64,000 nt of DNA from an uncultured virus (IMG/VR IMGVR_UViG_3300010885_055091) (taxonomy: Duplodnaviria > Heunggongvirae > Uroviricota > Caudoviricetes): IMG/VR virus record IMGVR_UViG_3300010885_055091, positions 62,001 through 126,000 of that record. One strand, written 5' to 3'. Below are positions 20,733 to 30,607 of the stretch, piece after piece. The notes beneath the pieces were generated by a model that saw only the letters and a list, made by a program, of their open reading frames with translations, ran no database searches and was not told the DNA's origin. Numbering within the stretch: position 1 is the first letter of the stretch; the number at the start of each line of letters is the position of its first letter. A program made the position numbers and the translations under genes.

Positions 20733-21308
20733 ATGGCGAAGTTGTACTTCCGTTATGGCACCATGAACAGTGCCAAAACCTTGAATCTTTTGGCAGTATC
20801 TCATAATTATAAATCTCAGGGAAAGAAAGTGATCATAATGAAACCGCATGTTGATAATAGGTTCGGAGATACATGTGTAAAATCTAGAACTGGATTATCG
20901 GAAGAAACCAATCACATTGTAAGCGACAATGATAATATTTTAGAAATGTTAGCAATATATACAGATATTTCCTGCGTTTTAGTTGACGAGTGTCAGTTTC
21001 TATCTTTTAAAAATATTGAAGAATTGAGGTTATTGACGGACATAAGAAATGTTCCTGTTATATGCTTTGGACTAAGAACGGACTTCCAAACCAAACTATT
21101 TCCAGGGTCTCATAGACTATTTGAATTGGCGGATAGTATAGAAGAAATCAAGACAGTTTGTCATAGATGCACTAAAAAGGCTCTTTTTAATATGAGGTTC
21201 GAGTCTGGAATCCCAACCAATGTAGGCCCGCAAGTACAATTAGGTCTTGAAGACAAATATGAACAAGTGTGTTCGAAGTGTTATCTAAATCTTATTGGTT
21301 CATTTTAG
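20733..21308 (+). CDS. tdk: Thymidine kinase
   Basis: GTMNSAKT, VDECQF, GLRTDF, C-terminal CxxC pairs. Confidence 0.95.
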   Translation: MAKLYFRYGTMNSAKTLNLLAVSHNYKSQGKKVIIMKPHVDNRFGDTCVKSRTGLSEETNHIVSDNDNILEMLAIYTDISCVLVDECQFLSFKNIEELRLLTDIRNVPVICFGLRTDFQTKLFPGSHRLFELADSIEEIKTVCHRCTKKALFNMRFESGIPTNVGPQVQLGLEDKYEQVCSKCYLNLIGSF

Positions 21309-21416
21309 TCTTTTTATGGAATCACAAAAAATTGAAATCATTGGTAGAGTAGATTTTATATATTAAAAGCGTAACTTAGCTTAAAAACCGGTTATTGTCG
21401 TAAAAGGGGTGAGTCT

Positions 21417-22049
21417 GTGGTATCTCTGGAAATTAATAAAGAATCAACTCAAAAGAAACCAGATCGTCTTCCTTGGCCAAGGAATGCGTTTGATGATGAG
21501 AAGGTGGCACTTGGTATTGACATTAGAAAGAAGAAACTAGATATAGAAAAAATAGTATACAAATTTTTTAAAGTGGATGGTTATTCAATGGAGGATTTAC
21601 TTCAAGAAGTCTATACTGCGATCATACATAAAAACACCACAAGAAGTGTTCACGATCCGAGGAAGTCATCTTTTGGTCATTATGTGTACATGGTAGCCAA
21701 TAATGTGTGCATTAATATAGTATCCAAGAAAAAACGATATGATAAAGAAAAAGATAGTATTTTTGAACCTAATCAAGAAACCGGTAAAACCTTAGAAGAG
21801 TCATATGAAAGCATATCAGATGGGCATGTGGAGAGTGAAAGCATTTTGGCTCTAGAACTACGTCTGAGAAGAATGAAAAGACATGACTTAGCGAGGTATG
21901 TTAGAGCATCTCGTGTTGGGTCTTCCCCCGATATCATAAGAGCAGCATTATCTTATGGAGATAAAAAGGTATCTCATAAGATAATGAGAGATATGAGACA
22001 TCAAGTAGTAACTATTGCTACGAATTTGTCGAATTCTTGGTCTTTATAG
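21417..22049 (+). CDS. ECF-like sigma factor (region 2 recognisable)
   Basis: EDLLQEVY...SSFGHYVYMVANN. Confidence 0.6.
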   Translation: MVSLEINKESTQKKPDRLPWPRNAFDDEKVALGIDIRKKKLDIEKIVYKFFKVDGYSMEDLLQEVYTAIIHKNTTRSVHDPRKSSFGHYVYMVANNVCINIVSKKKRYDKEKDSIFEPNQETGKTLEESYESISDGHVESESILALELRLRRMKRHDLARYVRASRVGSSPDIIRAALSYGDKKVSHKIMRDMRHQVVTIATNLSNSWSL

Positions 22050-22275
22050 CATTAGCAAATCTTTCGAACTGTCTAAATTTTAGTTCCAGTATTTTAGCAG
22101 CTTCCTTTCCCCTTAAAGATTTCGCTATATTGGCCTTCATCAGATTCATGGCGAGTTTTGGGTTCTTTAATATTTTCCAGTGTACTTCGCACACATATAT
22201 TGTGTCCACACCCGGATATTCACCCTCTTCTACTCGCGCTTCAGCATTTTTTCCACAGTAAAGACAAGGCCCCAT
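22018..22275 (-). CDS. Hypothetical Zn-binding protein
   Basis: CLYC...CEVH; coupled to the upstream gene. Confidence 0.55.
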   Translation of the reverse strand: MGPCLYCGKNAEARVEEGEYPGVDTIYVCEVHWKILKNPKLAMNLMKANIAKSLRGKEAAKILELKFRQFERFANAIKTKNSTNS

Positions 22276-22889
22276 TAGTACCCCTTAGCAATCATACTAA
22301 CTATCTCTTCAGACTGCAGCCCATCTCTGTTTTTAAAAACATCGACATTACTGATCACATAATGAAGTATTATTTTTGATTTCCAATAAGATTGACCAGA
22401 TACTTTTATGATTTTCTCATCCCCCTCTTCCATATAATCTTCGAATTCTATCAACTTTAATTCCCCATCGACAAAGCTTTGTGGATTGCATAAATCTGGA
22501 ACACTTTCGGAGAAATGTGTACTACACATCAGTGGTCTATTCTGATACGCTAAGCACTTGTTCGTCTCGGGATCAAGAACGGGGCACTTAAGTTGCAAAT
22601 CATACCATGTGTTTAGTGGTATATCCCCGTATTCCATTAACTCTTCTGATCTTTTAATTACCTCTCCAAGCTTCCCTGATTTCTTTAAAGAATCCGAAAT
22701 GTTAGCCACTTCCCCTATAGTCGCAAATACGGGCCTACTACAGCAATGACTACACCCTGGCTTGCATGTTATTTTATCTTTGTAAACTAGCAGTCTACGC
22801 TTTTCAGATTTATAAGATATATCTTTACTTATTGACTTTATTTTATCAAGAGTATTTTTGGATTTATACTCCACTATGTACAATACCAA
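22275..22889 (-). CDS. YkgJ-family CxxxCxxCC cysteine-cluster protein
   Basis: CKPGCSHCC...CPVLD...CLAYQNRPLMC. Confidence 0.8.
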   Translation of the reverse strand: MVLYIVEYKSKNTLDKIKSISKDISYKSEKRRLLVYKDKITCKPGCSHCCSRPVFATIGEVANISDSLKKSGKLGEVIKRSEELMEYGDIPLNTWYDLQLKCPVLDPETNKCLAYQNRPLMCSTHFSESVPDLCNPQSFVDGELKLIEFEDYMEEGDEKIIKVSGQSYWKSKIILHYVISNVDVFKNRDGLQSEEIVSMIAKGY

Positions 22890-22937
22890 TACAAATGACC
22901 CCCTGCCAGTATGTGCGTTAGCTGGGGGTCATCTGCT

Positions 22938-23609
22938 TCAGATTACGTTAGCGATAGCTAAATAATTTGATTCAGCCTTCTTAATGATGCTTTCTGTCTC
23001 TTCCTCAGAAATAGACACCGATCTAACAAGTTTATATGTGGTTTCTGCTCCGTCACCCGAACGTGCATATTTCGAGTTATCTTTTAATGCATTGTAGAAA
23101 GATTGTCGGCTCCATTTTTCTTTGCCGGAACATGCTTCAGCATAAATGTCAGAAGACTTAACAGGACCACCCCCGTGATTTTCAAGTATCTTGTCGATCA
23201 CTTGCTTCAGCGGTGGTCTTTCATTAGTAACGGGAGATATGCTAGTTACTTTATTCTCCTTACCTGATGATTTAGATGGTGCTTTTTTGTCCAATTGCTT
23301 AACAGCCTTTACTGAATTGCTCTTCTCAACAATTTTATCTGTTGCTTTAGCAACAGTGGATGTTGTATTCGTGATGGCGGCATTAGTCACTGTGCTAAAT
23401 ACCTTAGATAACTTGTCAAGACTATCAGCCATCTTTCCTATCCGCTCATTATTAGACTTCAGGAGCTTCATGACCGCTGTAGTTTCGTTATCAATCCCCT
23501 TCAGTAGTCGATTAGCCACCGAAGCGATGTTCTTAACATCTGCTTTATTTGTGATATCAAACTTTTGAGGTGCAATATTCTGAGAAGCATTCTTGTTCGT
23601 CGGTTTCAT
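22938..23609 (-). CDS. Putative DNA-binding protein (C-terminal winged-helix-like)
   Basis: LKQVIDKIL...GPVKSSDIY...SFYNAL; AAGGA upstream. Confidence 0.5.
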   Translation of the reverse strand: MKPTNKNASQNIAPQKFDITNKADVKNIASVANRLLKGIDNETTAVMKLLKSNNERIGKMADSLDKLSKVFSTVTNAAITNTTSTVAKATDKIVEKSNSVKAVKQLDKKAPSKSSGKENKVTSISPVTNERPPLKQVIDKILENHGGGPVKSSDIYAEACSGKEKWSRQSFYNALKDNSKYARSGDGAETTYKLVRSVSISEEETESIIKKAESNYLAIANVI

Positions 23610-23656
23610 TTTGTCCTTTGGGTATAAGATCCCATAACAAAAATTTACAATTAAAA

Positions 23657-23845
23657 TTATGCCTTCTTTACGCTGCTACTGAATCGGTTTATGTCCTCTA
23701 TTGAGATAATGTTGAATCTTCTACAGATTTCTTCTTTTTTGTGTTCATGATTTAAAAATATGGATTTATGCCGGGATAAGTTTAGTTTATCCATTTCTTT
23801 TACGCAAAGCCTCCACAAATGCATAAAATCTGGTTGCTTTTTCAT
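23657..23845 (-). CDS. Small hypothetical protein
   Basis: GTAGTAT-N5-ATG upstream. Confidence 0.5.
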   Translation of the reverse strand: MKKQPDFMHLWRLCVKEMDKLNLSRHKSIFLNHEHKKEEICRRFNIISIEDINRFSSSVKKA

Positions 23846-23875
23846 ATTATATACTACCAATTAGTATGGTTCATT

Positions 23876-24043
23876 ATGGATTTAGGGGATTTCCTAAAAA
23901 GATTATCATCACTCAAGACGGAATACGCCATATCACATAAAAAAGAATTAAAGGATATTTCAGATTTAGAGCAATTTGTAAAAAGTAAGATGGGGATTCC
24001 CCAAAATCGGGCTCTTAAGAGTTTAAAGGGGCTTAATTTTTAA
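23876..24043 (+). CDS. Small hypothetical protein
   Basis: GTATGGT-N5-ATG upstream; abuts the next gene. Confidence 0.5.
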   Translation: MDLGDFLKRLSSLKTEYAISHKKELKDISDLEQFVKSKMGIPQNRALKSLKGLNF

Positions 24044-24355
24044 ATGAATTTATCGAATGCTTTAAAGATACTAGGAATAGATCATAATGCCTATTTTAAA
24101 AAATTATCAGAATCCAGTAGAAAAGATAAAATCGTTTTAGTGCAGGAAACATTGGAAACCTGCAAGAAAAATGGAAAAACATTGATGGCTATGCACCACC
24201 CGGATAAAGGAGGGGATGTTAAAAATTTTAAACTAATAAATGAATCTCTTAGTGTGATCAGTATGGAATCCGAAGCTTTCACGCTAAAAATGGAGCAGTT
24301 AATAATCCAACAAGAAGAAAAATCATCAGGTCGAGTTTTGATAACTCATAAGTGA
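24044..24355 (+). CDS. Small J-domain protein
   Basis: ALKILG...HHPDKGGD..FKLINE. Confidence 0.75.
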   Translation: MNLSNALKILGIDHNAYFKKLSESSRKDKIVLVQETLETCKKNGKTLMAMHHPDKGGDVKNFKLINESLSVISMESEAFTLKMEQLIIQQEEKSSGRVLITHK

Positions 24356-24356
24356 T

Positions 24357-25127
24357 ATGGTAATCATATCTTCTATACAATTCAAGCCTACTCTTGCAAG
24401 GAATAATGCGGATATCAGGGCTAACTTTAAAAAATGTGAAGATTTAGTAAATGAAGCTTGGAAATTTGGTTCTGAACTAGTAGTATTCCCAGAGTTATGC
24501 CTTACCGGATATACTTTCTTGACATCGGAAGAGGCTTGGAAGGCTGCCGAGAGGTTTGATGGCCCCACTTTCAGAGAAATGAGAGGAGTGGCCACGGAAC
24601 TATCTTCGTATGTGGTTTATGGGTTTTTGGAGGCCGATGGTGATAAACTCCACAACAGTTCACTTATAATATCTCCTGATGGAGATATCGTTAGTCGATA
24701 TAGAAAAGTAAACTTGTGGGGCAATGACTTCCTTTGGGCGACCCCGGGAACTGAAACCCCAACCGTCGTAAATACTGATTTTGGGACATTATCTCATATA
24801 ATTTGCCGAGACATTAGGGCAAGAATACCATCTAACATCCCCAGACAGGCGTCCACGCCATTTTTTAAGGACATAAAACCAAAATATGTAGCTACATGTG
24901 CTAACTGGGGTAAGGGTGGATTCCCATCAACCACATGGATGGATTTCGCAGCTAACCATAAATGCAATTTAATAATATCTAATAGGTACGGGCAGGAGAC
25001 TAACAATAATTTTACCAATGACTTTGGTAATGGAGGTTCCCTCATCATACAAAAGGATTGGAAAACTCATACCAATGGGTTAAAATTTAACTCAGATTGT
25101 GTAGTATCAGCTAGAATCGAGGATTAA
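24357..25127 (+). CDS. Nitrilase/carbon-nitrogen hydrolase
   Basis: Glu-Lys-Cys triad: VFPEL, YRKVNL, IICRD. Confidence 0.88.
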   Translation: MVIISSIQFKPTLARNNADIRANFKKCEDLVNEAWKFGSELVVFPELCLTGYTFLTSEEAWKAAERFDGPTFREMRGVATELSSYVVYGFLEADGDKLHNSSLIISPDGDIVSRYRKVNLWGNDFLWATPGTETPTVVNTDFGTLSHIICRDIRARIPSNIPRQASTPFFKDIKPKYVATCANWGKGGFPSTTWMDFAANHKCNLIISNRYGQETNNNFTNDFGNGGSLIIQKDWKTHTNGLKFNSDCVVSARIED

Positions 25128-25472
25128 ATGGCACAATTTAATATGTGTGATAATTGTAACACTGACCGTAAAACAACATTATGTACTGGAGACTGTTCAA
25201 AAAACATATGGTTCGTAAATGGTAAATGCAAATTGGATGAAATCACGTACGATACGGTTTATTACGTGCTACAAAAGAACAGATCTGCCAAGAAGGACCT
25301 ATTAAGGATAACTGCCGACCCTAGTTTAGTCAGACTTGCTGAGTATACCAATCTAGTAAGTGATGAAATCAAAGATAATATGACCCCCTATAAAGTGATT
25401 AACAATCCCGCTCGCACTCTCCCTTTCTATAACTTATATGGTGGAAATTTAAATCGAAATTTTAAACCGTGA
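25128..25472 (+). CDS. Cys-rich hypothetical protein
   Basis: 114-aa ORF directly after the nitrilase. Confidence 0.55.
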   Translation: MAQFNMCDNCNTDRKTTLCTGDCSKNIWFVNGKCKLDEITYDTVYYVLQKNRSAKKDLLRITADPSLVRLAEYTNLVSDEIKDNMTPYKVINNPARTLPFYNLYGGNLNRNFKP

Positions 25473-25510
25473 ATTCTTATTTCTGTCTGAGTGTAACTTT
25501 CTGAATCATC

Positions 25511-25972
25511 ATGATGGCTCTAAGCAAAGCTGAATTTTTATCTTGCATATTAAAAGACATTCCGGAGGAACATAAATCGAAAATACTAGAGATTGCCAAT
25601 CAATTAGAACTGAGAGATTCTATACAGGACTCTGTCATGGAATCACATTCCATACTTTGCGATATCAAAGGTATGGGTGTTAATGACGCCTTCGGCAATG
25701 ACCCCGCCATATTTTATGGACTTGCATTGGCCGGTGAATGTGGTGAATTGGCCAATAATCTGATTAAGGCTATGCGGGCTGGTGGGAGCCGAGAGGATAA
25801 GCACAGAGCTATATGCTCTGAGATTGCAGACGTCTATATTTACACAATATTATTAGCTCAAACGAACGATATCGACCTGGAGTCTATGGTTAGAGAAAAA
25901 GTACGAATTATCATTGATAGAGCTAGATCAGGGTATTATGGTGGAAAAATCCCAGGTCGCGTTAATAGCTAA
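25511..25972 (+). CDS. MazG-like nucleotide pyrophosphohydrolase
   Basis: LAGECGELAN..K and SEIADV. Confidence 0.8.
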   Translation: MMALSKAEFLSCILKDIPEEHKSKILEIANQLELRDSIQDSVMESHSILCDIKGMGVNDAFGNDPAIFYGLALAGECGELANNLIKAMRAGGSREDKHRAICSEIADVYIYTILLAQTNDIDLESMVREKVRIIIDRARSGYYGGKIPGRVNS

Positions 25973-26601
25973 ACTTCTCTAACTTCTTCCTTATGCGTAG
26001 CAAGTTCGCACATGTTCAAATATAACTCTGATATCTTTTTCTGATACCATTCATTCTCTTTTGCAGATTTTTCGTGCATAGCCATGAAATCTTGACGCAT
26101 TTTATTAAGAAATGGGGCGATTTCTTGATTTCCCCTATTAAATTCTCTTCTCATATAGTTAAATAAACTGATAAAATCACCAGCTTTTACTATAGTATCC
26201 ACATACTTCGCATCCTCCCCATTTTTAGGGACAGAATCACTGATTAATTCCTTAATGATTGATGGTAGATATTTTTCTACCATCATGTCTTCAGTGTCAT
26301 CGACTGCTTTTTTAAGATCAGGATTCGCATACTTAAATGTCCTAACTACATCACCAGTTACACATTCTCCTATATCATGAATTAAAGCCTTTCTGAGAAT
26401 GAATGTTTCTATACTATCATCCTGTTTATTCGTATTCTTACTTATTGTTCTATGTAAGAGCACACTATGTAAAACAACCCAAAATGTATGCTGCGATACT
26501 GATTCTTGATATAATGAAGGAATGCTATTATATCTTATTACATAGTCCAGACGCTTAACGTCCGCATGATCATCTACCAAAAATTTTTTCCAGTTAGTCA
26601 T
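25969..26601 (-). CDS. HD-domain phosphohydrolase (YfbR/5'-deoxynucleotidase-like)
   Basis: RY...ESVSQH, LIHDIGECVTGDV, VKAGD. Confidence 0.85.
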   Translation of the reverse strand: MTNWKKFLVDDHADVKRLDYVIRYNSIPSLYQESVSQHTFWVVLHSVLLHRTISKNTNKQDDSIETFILRKALIHDIGECVTGDVVRTFKYANPDLKKAVDDTEDMMVEKYLPSIIKELISDSVPKNGEDAKYVDTIVKAGDFISLFNYMRREFNRGNQEIAPFLNKMRQDFMAMHEKSAKENEWYQKKISELYLNMCELATHKEEVREV

Positions 26602-26621
26602 TTGTCCTGAACTTGCTACTT

Positions 26622-26840
26622 TTATTTTCTGCTAGTATCTAAAATAGCATTACATTTTACATTTGATTCGATTTGTGGAGTCAAATTATATGCAGTAGGT
26701 TTAAACCCTAGCACCATCAATGATCTTAACTCTTCAAACAATTGCGGGTCTGAACCATCAAAATGATAAAGGACCATGTCTCCTTCTTCATCAATATATT
26801 CTATTGACCACCTTTTTAAGTATGTTTCTGGTCTTTCCAT
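26622..26840 (-). CDS. Hypothetical protein
   Basis: 72-aa ORF in a minus-strand run. Confidence 0.45.
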   Translation of the reverse strand: MERPETYLKRWSIEYIDEEGDMVLYHFDGSDPQLFEELRSLMVLGFKPTAYNLTPQIESNVKCNAILDTSRK

Positions 26841-27451
26841 GTTTTTAAAGCACTGATAGTTAAAACGGATGCTTTGAACAGTTCAGGGAATACCATAGTG
26901 TTCCATGTCCCATCTTCAAATACACCATATTCATTAGGAAATGTCATGTGTATGAAACCGGCTCTCGTAGGAAGACTTTTTAAGTCTATGTGCCTTCTAA
27001 CACCGTAAAATACTGAATTGCAAACATGTGTGCCTGCAAATTGAGATATCTTGGCGGAAACACCACCTTCATTTACCATATCTTTTAAATAGTCTATTGG
27101 AAGAGTACTCTCATAAGCAGTAGGACCATTTAGATCTATTGGTCTTTCCTGGACAGGTATCTTGGAATTGTCACCCATGGAAGATAGTTCCACGTTGATT
27201 GCAAATCTTTCGAATCGGATAGGACCATTCTTTTTGGTGGCACCATACATCAGTACAAAATCGGGTTTAAAATTAGATATTTCTGAACAAGCAATTTCTG
27301 TGCATTTTCTAAATAATTGTGGAAGTACTAATCCCCTGACTTCAATTCCAGGAATGCTAAATTCCTGTTTTTCCCATAAATTTGCTAAATCCCCACTTGG
27401 AGTGCGCTTAATACCCCATAGAGGTTCAAACCCAGTTATCAATACCTTCAT
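26816..27451 (-). CDS. pcp: Pyroglutamyl peptidase I (peptidase C15)
   Basis: VLITGFEP, ERFAIN, AGTHVCN (catalytic Cys), AGFIH. Confidence 0.9.
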   Translation of the reverse strand: MKVLITGFEPLWGIKRTPSGDLANLWEKQEFSIPGIEVRGLVLPQLFRKCTEIACSEISNFKPDFVLMYGATKKNGPIRFERFAINVELSSMGDNSKIPVQERPIDLNGPTAYESTLPIDYLKDMVNEGGVSAKISQFAGTHVCNSVFYGVRRHIDLKSLPTRAGFIHMTFPNEYGVFEDGTWNTMVFPELFKASVLTISALKTWKDQKHT

Positions 27452-27514
27452 TATATTTAGGCACCAATAATAGATGCAAAATGAAAATTACACACTAGAA
27501 AGCGTTCCAAATAC

Positions 27515-28165
27515 ATGGAAATGAGTCATATACCGGTTCTTTGGCAACAGACATCTTCTGCAGGATTCATATTTAAAGTAACCAGTACTGGAGAGACCGT
27601 TTACGTTTACGCCAGAAATAGATACGCAGTTTGTTGTCTGGAGAAGTTCTCTATGCCTAGGCAGAATAACTCCCATATCTGCACTTTAGAATCTGTTCTT
27701 GTAGACTGTAAATCAGTACCTATAGTTTATCCAAAAGCTCGGGAAATTCCATATACTGAATTCGTTCTGAACTTCATTGATAGAAGAATTCTCATGTCTG
27801 ATGTCGTCGTGTTCAACTGTTTTGGAAGCAGTCTCGATGCTGATGGTTGGGTTCAAGTAAAGAAAATCATTAGCAAAGAAAAGGCTGATAAAGAAAAGGC
27901 TGATAAAGAAAAGGCCGTTGTAAGTAATCGTGATATCTTCCGTATTACAACGGATTCTCCTATTTTCGCTAAATCATATGAAGCTGAAATTAAACACACT
28001 AGTCATCGTTCTAAGCCCAATGAAACAGTTCTGAAAGCTTTGCAAGGACTGGGGTACTCTAAACAGTCAGTAAATTCTTGGGCATCTGAGTACGACTCAT
28101 CCGGTAAATCGAATGGGGATATGGTTAAAGCTGGCTGCAAGATGATTGCACAAAAGGCATCATAA
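27515..28165 (+). CDS. Protein with C-terminal RuvA domain III-like helix bundle
   Basis: ETVLKALQGLGYSKQSV resembles RuvA_C; KEKAD linker repeats. Confidence 0.45.
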   Translation: MEMSHIPVLWQQTSSAGFIFKVTSTGETVYVYARNRYAVCCLEKFSMPRQNNSHICTLESVLVDCKSVPIVYPKAREIPYTEFVLNFIDRRILMSDVVVFNCFGSSLDADGWVQVKKIISKEKADKEKADKEKAVVSNRDIFRITTDSPIFAKSYEAEIKHTSHRSKPNETVLKALQGLGYSKQSVNSWASEYDSSGKSNGDMVKAGCKMIAQKAS

Positions 28166-28170
28166 ATCAC

Positions 28171-28473
28171 ATGAGTATGAACCTAAAAAATAAATATAAT
28201 TCAGAAAATTACAATGTTAGACATTCTCCCTTGGATATAGAGAGCGAACTTACTCAAAGTAATAATTACTATATAGCTATCTCCGATAGTTTCAATTCAT
28301 CTACCAGAGAATATGTAATCGATAGGGCTAGCTCTGCGAACCAACACATAAACTCATCTGAGTCCTTAATATCTAAATTCCTTAAATTTTCAATTTCATT
28401 ATTTTTAATATTCTCTTCTACCCTAATATTAATGTTTATCATCGCATTTATTATTACAATCAAGAAATTGTAA
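28171..28473 (+). CDS. Hypothetical membrane protein
   Basis: C-terminal hydrophobic segment. Confidence 0.5.
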   Translation: MSMNLKNKYNSENYNVRHSPLDIESELTQSNNYYIAISDSFNSSTREYVIDRASSANQHINSSESLISKFLKFSISLFLIFSSTLILMFIIAFIITIKKL

Positions 28474-28481
28474 AATTTTAT

Positions 28482-28949
28482 ATGTTAGTAACCAAATTTG
28501 AAGGATCGAAACTACTTAAATTATATGTCCCGAATTATTATTATAGTGAAGAAGTAAGAATAGATAAACAAGACCCGGTGCCTTTTAATGATAGCACACT
28601 GATTTGCCCGAAAGTCCACTTTGAATTACCAGACGGGAAATGGTTTGGCATGGACAATGGAATAATAGAGAAATTCGATATAGATAGAGAATGGGATTGG
28701 CGAATACTCAAGGCCAGAAAGAAAATAGACTCCATGATGGAGGATCCTGAAATTATATCTGACGGGTTTAAACAACTACAAATATTGGAGTCCTCTTCTA
28801 CATTATGTGGTATAGACCTCCCCGAATTCGTCCAAATGTTGCAACAATCAGCAACGGATGGGGAAGATTTAGAAACCACGTTTAATAGAATAAAAGATGA
28901 ACACGATAAAATATATAATGACGCTAGTAAACGTAATGAATCTAAGTAA
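28482..28949 (+). CDS. Hypothetical protein
   Basis: GTAAAAT-N5-ATG upstream. Confidence 0.65.
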   Translation: MLVTKFEGSKLLKLYVPNYYYSEEVRIDKQDPVPFNDSTLICPKVHFELPDGKWFGMDNGIIEKFDIDREWDWRILKARKKIDSMMEDPEIISDGFKQLQILESSSTLCGIDLPEFVQMLQQSATDGEDLETTFNRIKDEHDKIYNDASKRNESK

Positions 28950-29132
28950 CCTAATCTTGGGTTGATATATCTTCGATTCCACTTCAGCTACTTCTAATGA
29001 TATTAGAATGAAACAGGATATCTGTAAGAATATAAATATGTAAAAATATACTGGGCTATTTCTTTCATATAATATGGCAGCTAGGATAGATATCCATGCT
29101 GCCATATTTATTCCCGAACTAACACTGTTCAC
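28869..29132 (-). CDS. Hypothetical membrane protein
   Basis: Three hydrophobic segments. Confidence 0.4.
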   Translation of the reverse strand: MNSVSSGINMAAWISILAAILYERNSPVYFYIFIFLQISCFILISLEVAEVESKIYQPKIRLLRFITFTSVIIYFIVFIFYSIKRGF

Positions 29133-29352
29133 TGAACATATTCCCGAATAACTCTTTGAATTTAATTACGCCGCTTTCCGTCTTGATTTTACTGAACACT
29201 AGTTTAGCAAAATGCTTATCAGTCCTTACGCGTCTTGCCGTTAATGCCCATTTTTCTCCTCTGGATGGGTGGACACGACACACCCCACAAATATCATCTG
29301 TAAGTTTAGACATGATATTGCACCCGATACATTTCCCAATACAAATAATCAT
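29119..29352 (-). CDS. Small Zn-finger-like hypothetical protein
   Basis: CIGC...CGVC. Confidence 0.5.
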   Translation of the reverse strand: MIICIGKCIGCNIMSKLTDDICGVCRVHPSRGEKWALTARRVRTDKHFAKLVFSKIKTESGVIKFKELFGNMFSEQC

Positions 29353-29620
29353 TTAAGAAAAAACCCTTCCTAATGAGTAATTTTCATTCCGCTTTAGTTA
29401 TTTATTAATATGGGACAGAATTAATTGCTCGTTAACGAGCAGCCTCTAGCGAAAAATAACACCGACACAAGCATTAAATATGAACATAATAAAGCGGTTT
29501 GGGTTTTTGATAATATACTATTTCTAAATAAATTATCCGGTATAATTCATTATTCCACTGATTTTAACTATGTGATAGATGAATCAGAAAAGCATTACCT
29601 GAAATAAAGAATAAAACATC

Positions 29621-30277
29621 ATGAGAGACAAGAAATGGAAAAGCTTGGTGTTTAGACTTCAACATTTGCAGGCAGAATTAGACGACAGACAAGAATTACT
29701 TGATGATCATAAACATGCCTTTGATGCAGCTATACAAAAAATTATTAAAGAATATTTACACAGTAAAACTAAGAGTACAGAAGAAATAAATCCAGTTGAT
29801 GAAGAGACATCCACAGCTTTAGTAAAGAAGGCAGACGATCCGAGTACAGATTCGGATGACACTAATGAGCCCGAAGGTATAAGTAATTTAGAAGACCAAG
29901 AAATTCACAATGAAGTAGATAGTATTCCTGAGGTTTTTAAAAAATTGTGGAAATCCATAGCTTCTCTCACCCATCCAGATAAAACTAATAATGACGAAAG
30001 ATATACCAAGGTATACAAAGAGTCTCTTGTTCATTACAAGGAAAAAAATTTCGGTAATTTGATAATAACCGCCTTAGAATTAGGGATTTTAAATAACCAT
30101 ATAGATAATGGCCTTATTCCGCACATCAATGATTCCATAAGCGTAGCAGAAAATAGGATAAAGCATATAGATGGACTAGCACTATGGCAATGGTTAAATA
30201 CTGAGGACGAAGATCAAAAGAAAAATATTACTAATTTAACAGCTGCAATCATGAAAAGTAGACTAGGTATCAACTAA
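29621..30277 (+). CDS. Coiled-coil protein with internal J-domain-like HPD motif
   Basis: FKKLWKSIASLTHPDK. Confidence 0.65.
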   Translation: MRDKKWKSLVFRLQHLQAELDDRQELLDDHKHAFDAAIQKIIKEYLHSKTKSTEEINPVDEETSTALVKKADDPSTDSDDTNEPEGISNLEDQEIHNEVDSIPEVFKKLWKSIASLTHPDKTNNDERYTKVYKESLVHYKEKNFGNLIITALELGILNNHIDNGLIPHINDSISVAENRIKHIDGLALWQWLNTEDEDQKKNITNLTAAIMKSRLGIN

Positions 30278-30563
30278 TGATTTGAAGCACTAAGTTCATG
30301 GCTGGTTCTTCGGAATGCCTCATAATCAATTCTGGATCTTCTTCTATTAACCAAAGACCATCTACCATTCTACACTCGGATTTTCCAATGAGTAGAAATC
30401 CGTCTCTGTTATAACCCACGAATCTTTTAGCTTTAGGCAAGTATAAAGCATGGGTGTCTCTAAAATCAGCCCACATAATATAAGATTGAAGATTAACGCC
30501 TTCAGAGGTGCACAGGGCCATCCAAGGTCTTTTAGGAACTAAATTACCTGCAAAGGGTCTCAA
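30270..30563 (-). CDS. Hypothetical protein
   Basis: GTAAAGT-N6-TTG upstream. Confidence 0.5.
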   Translation of the reverse strand: MRPFAGNLVPKRPWMALCTSEGVNLQSYIMWADFRDTHALYLPKAKRFVGYNRDGFLLIGKSECRMVDGLWLIEEDPELIMRHSEEPAMNLVLQIIS

Positions 30564-30607
30564 CTTTTTACTTTACCGATTTAAATTCTTTATATTTCTC
30601 TGAAATT

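Noticed and set aside
27875..27915. 15-bp KEKAD repeat as a functional element
   Set aside because: Simple in-frame linker slippage.
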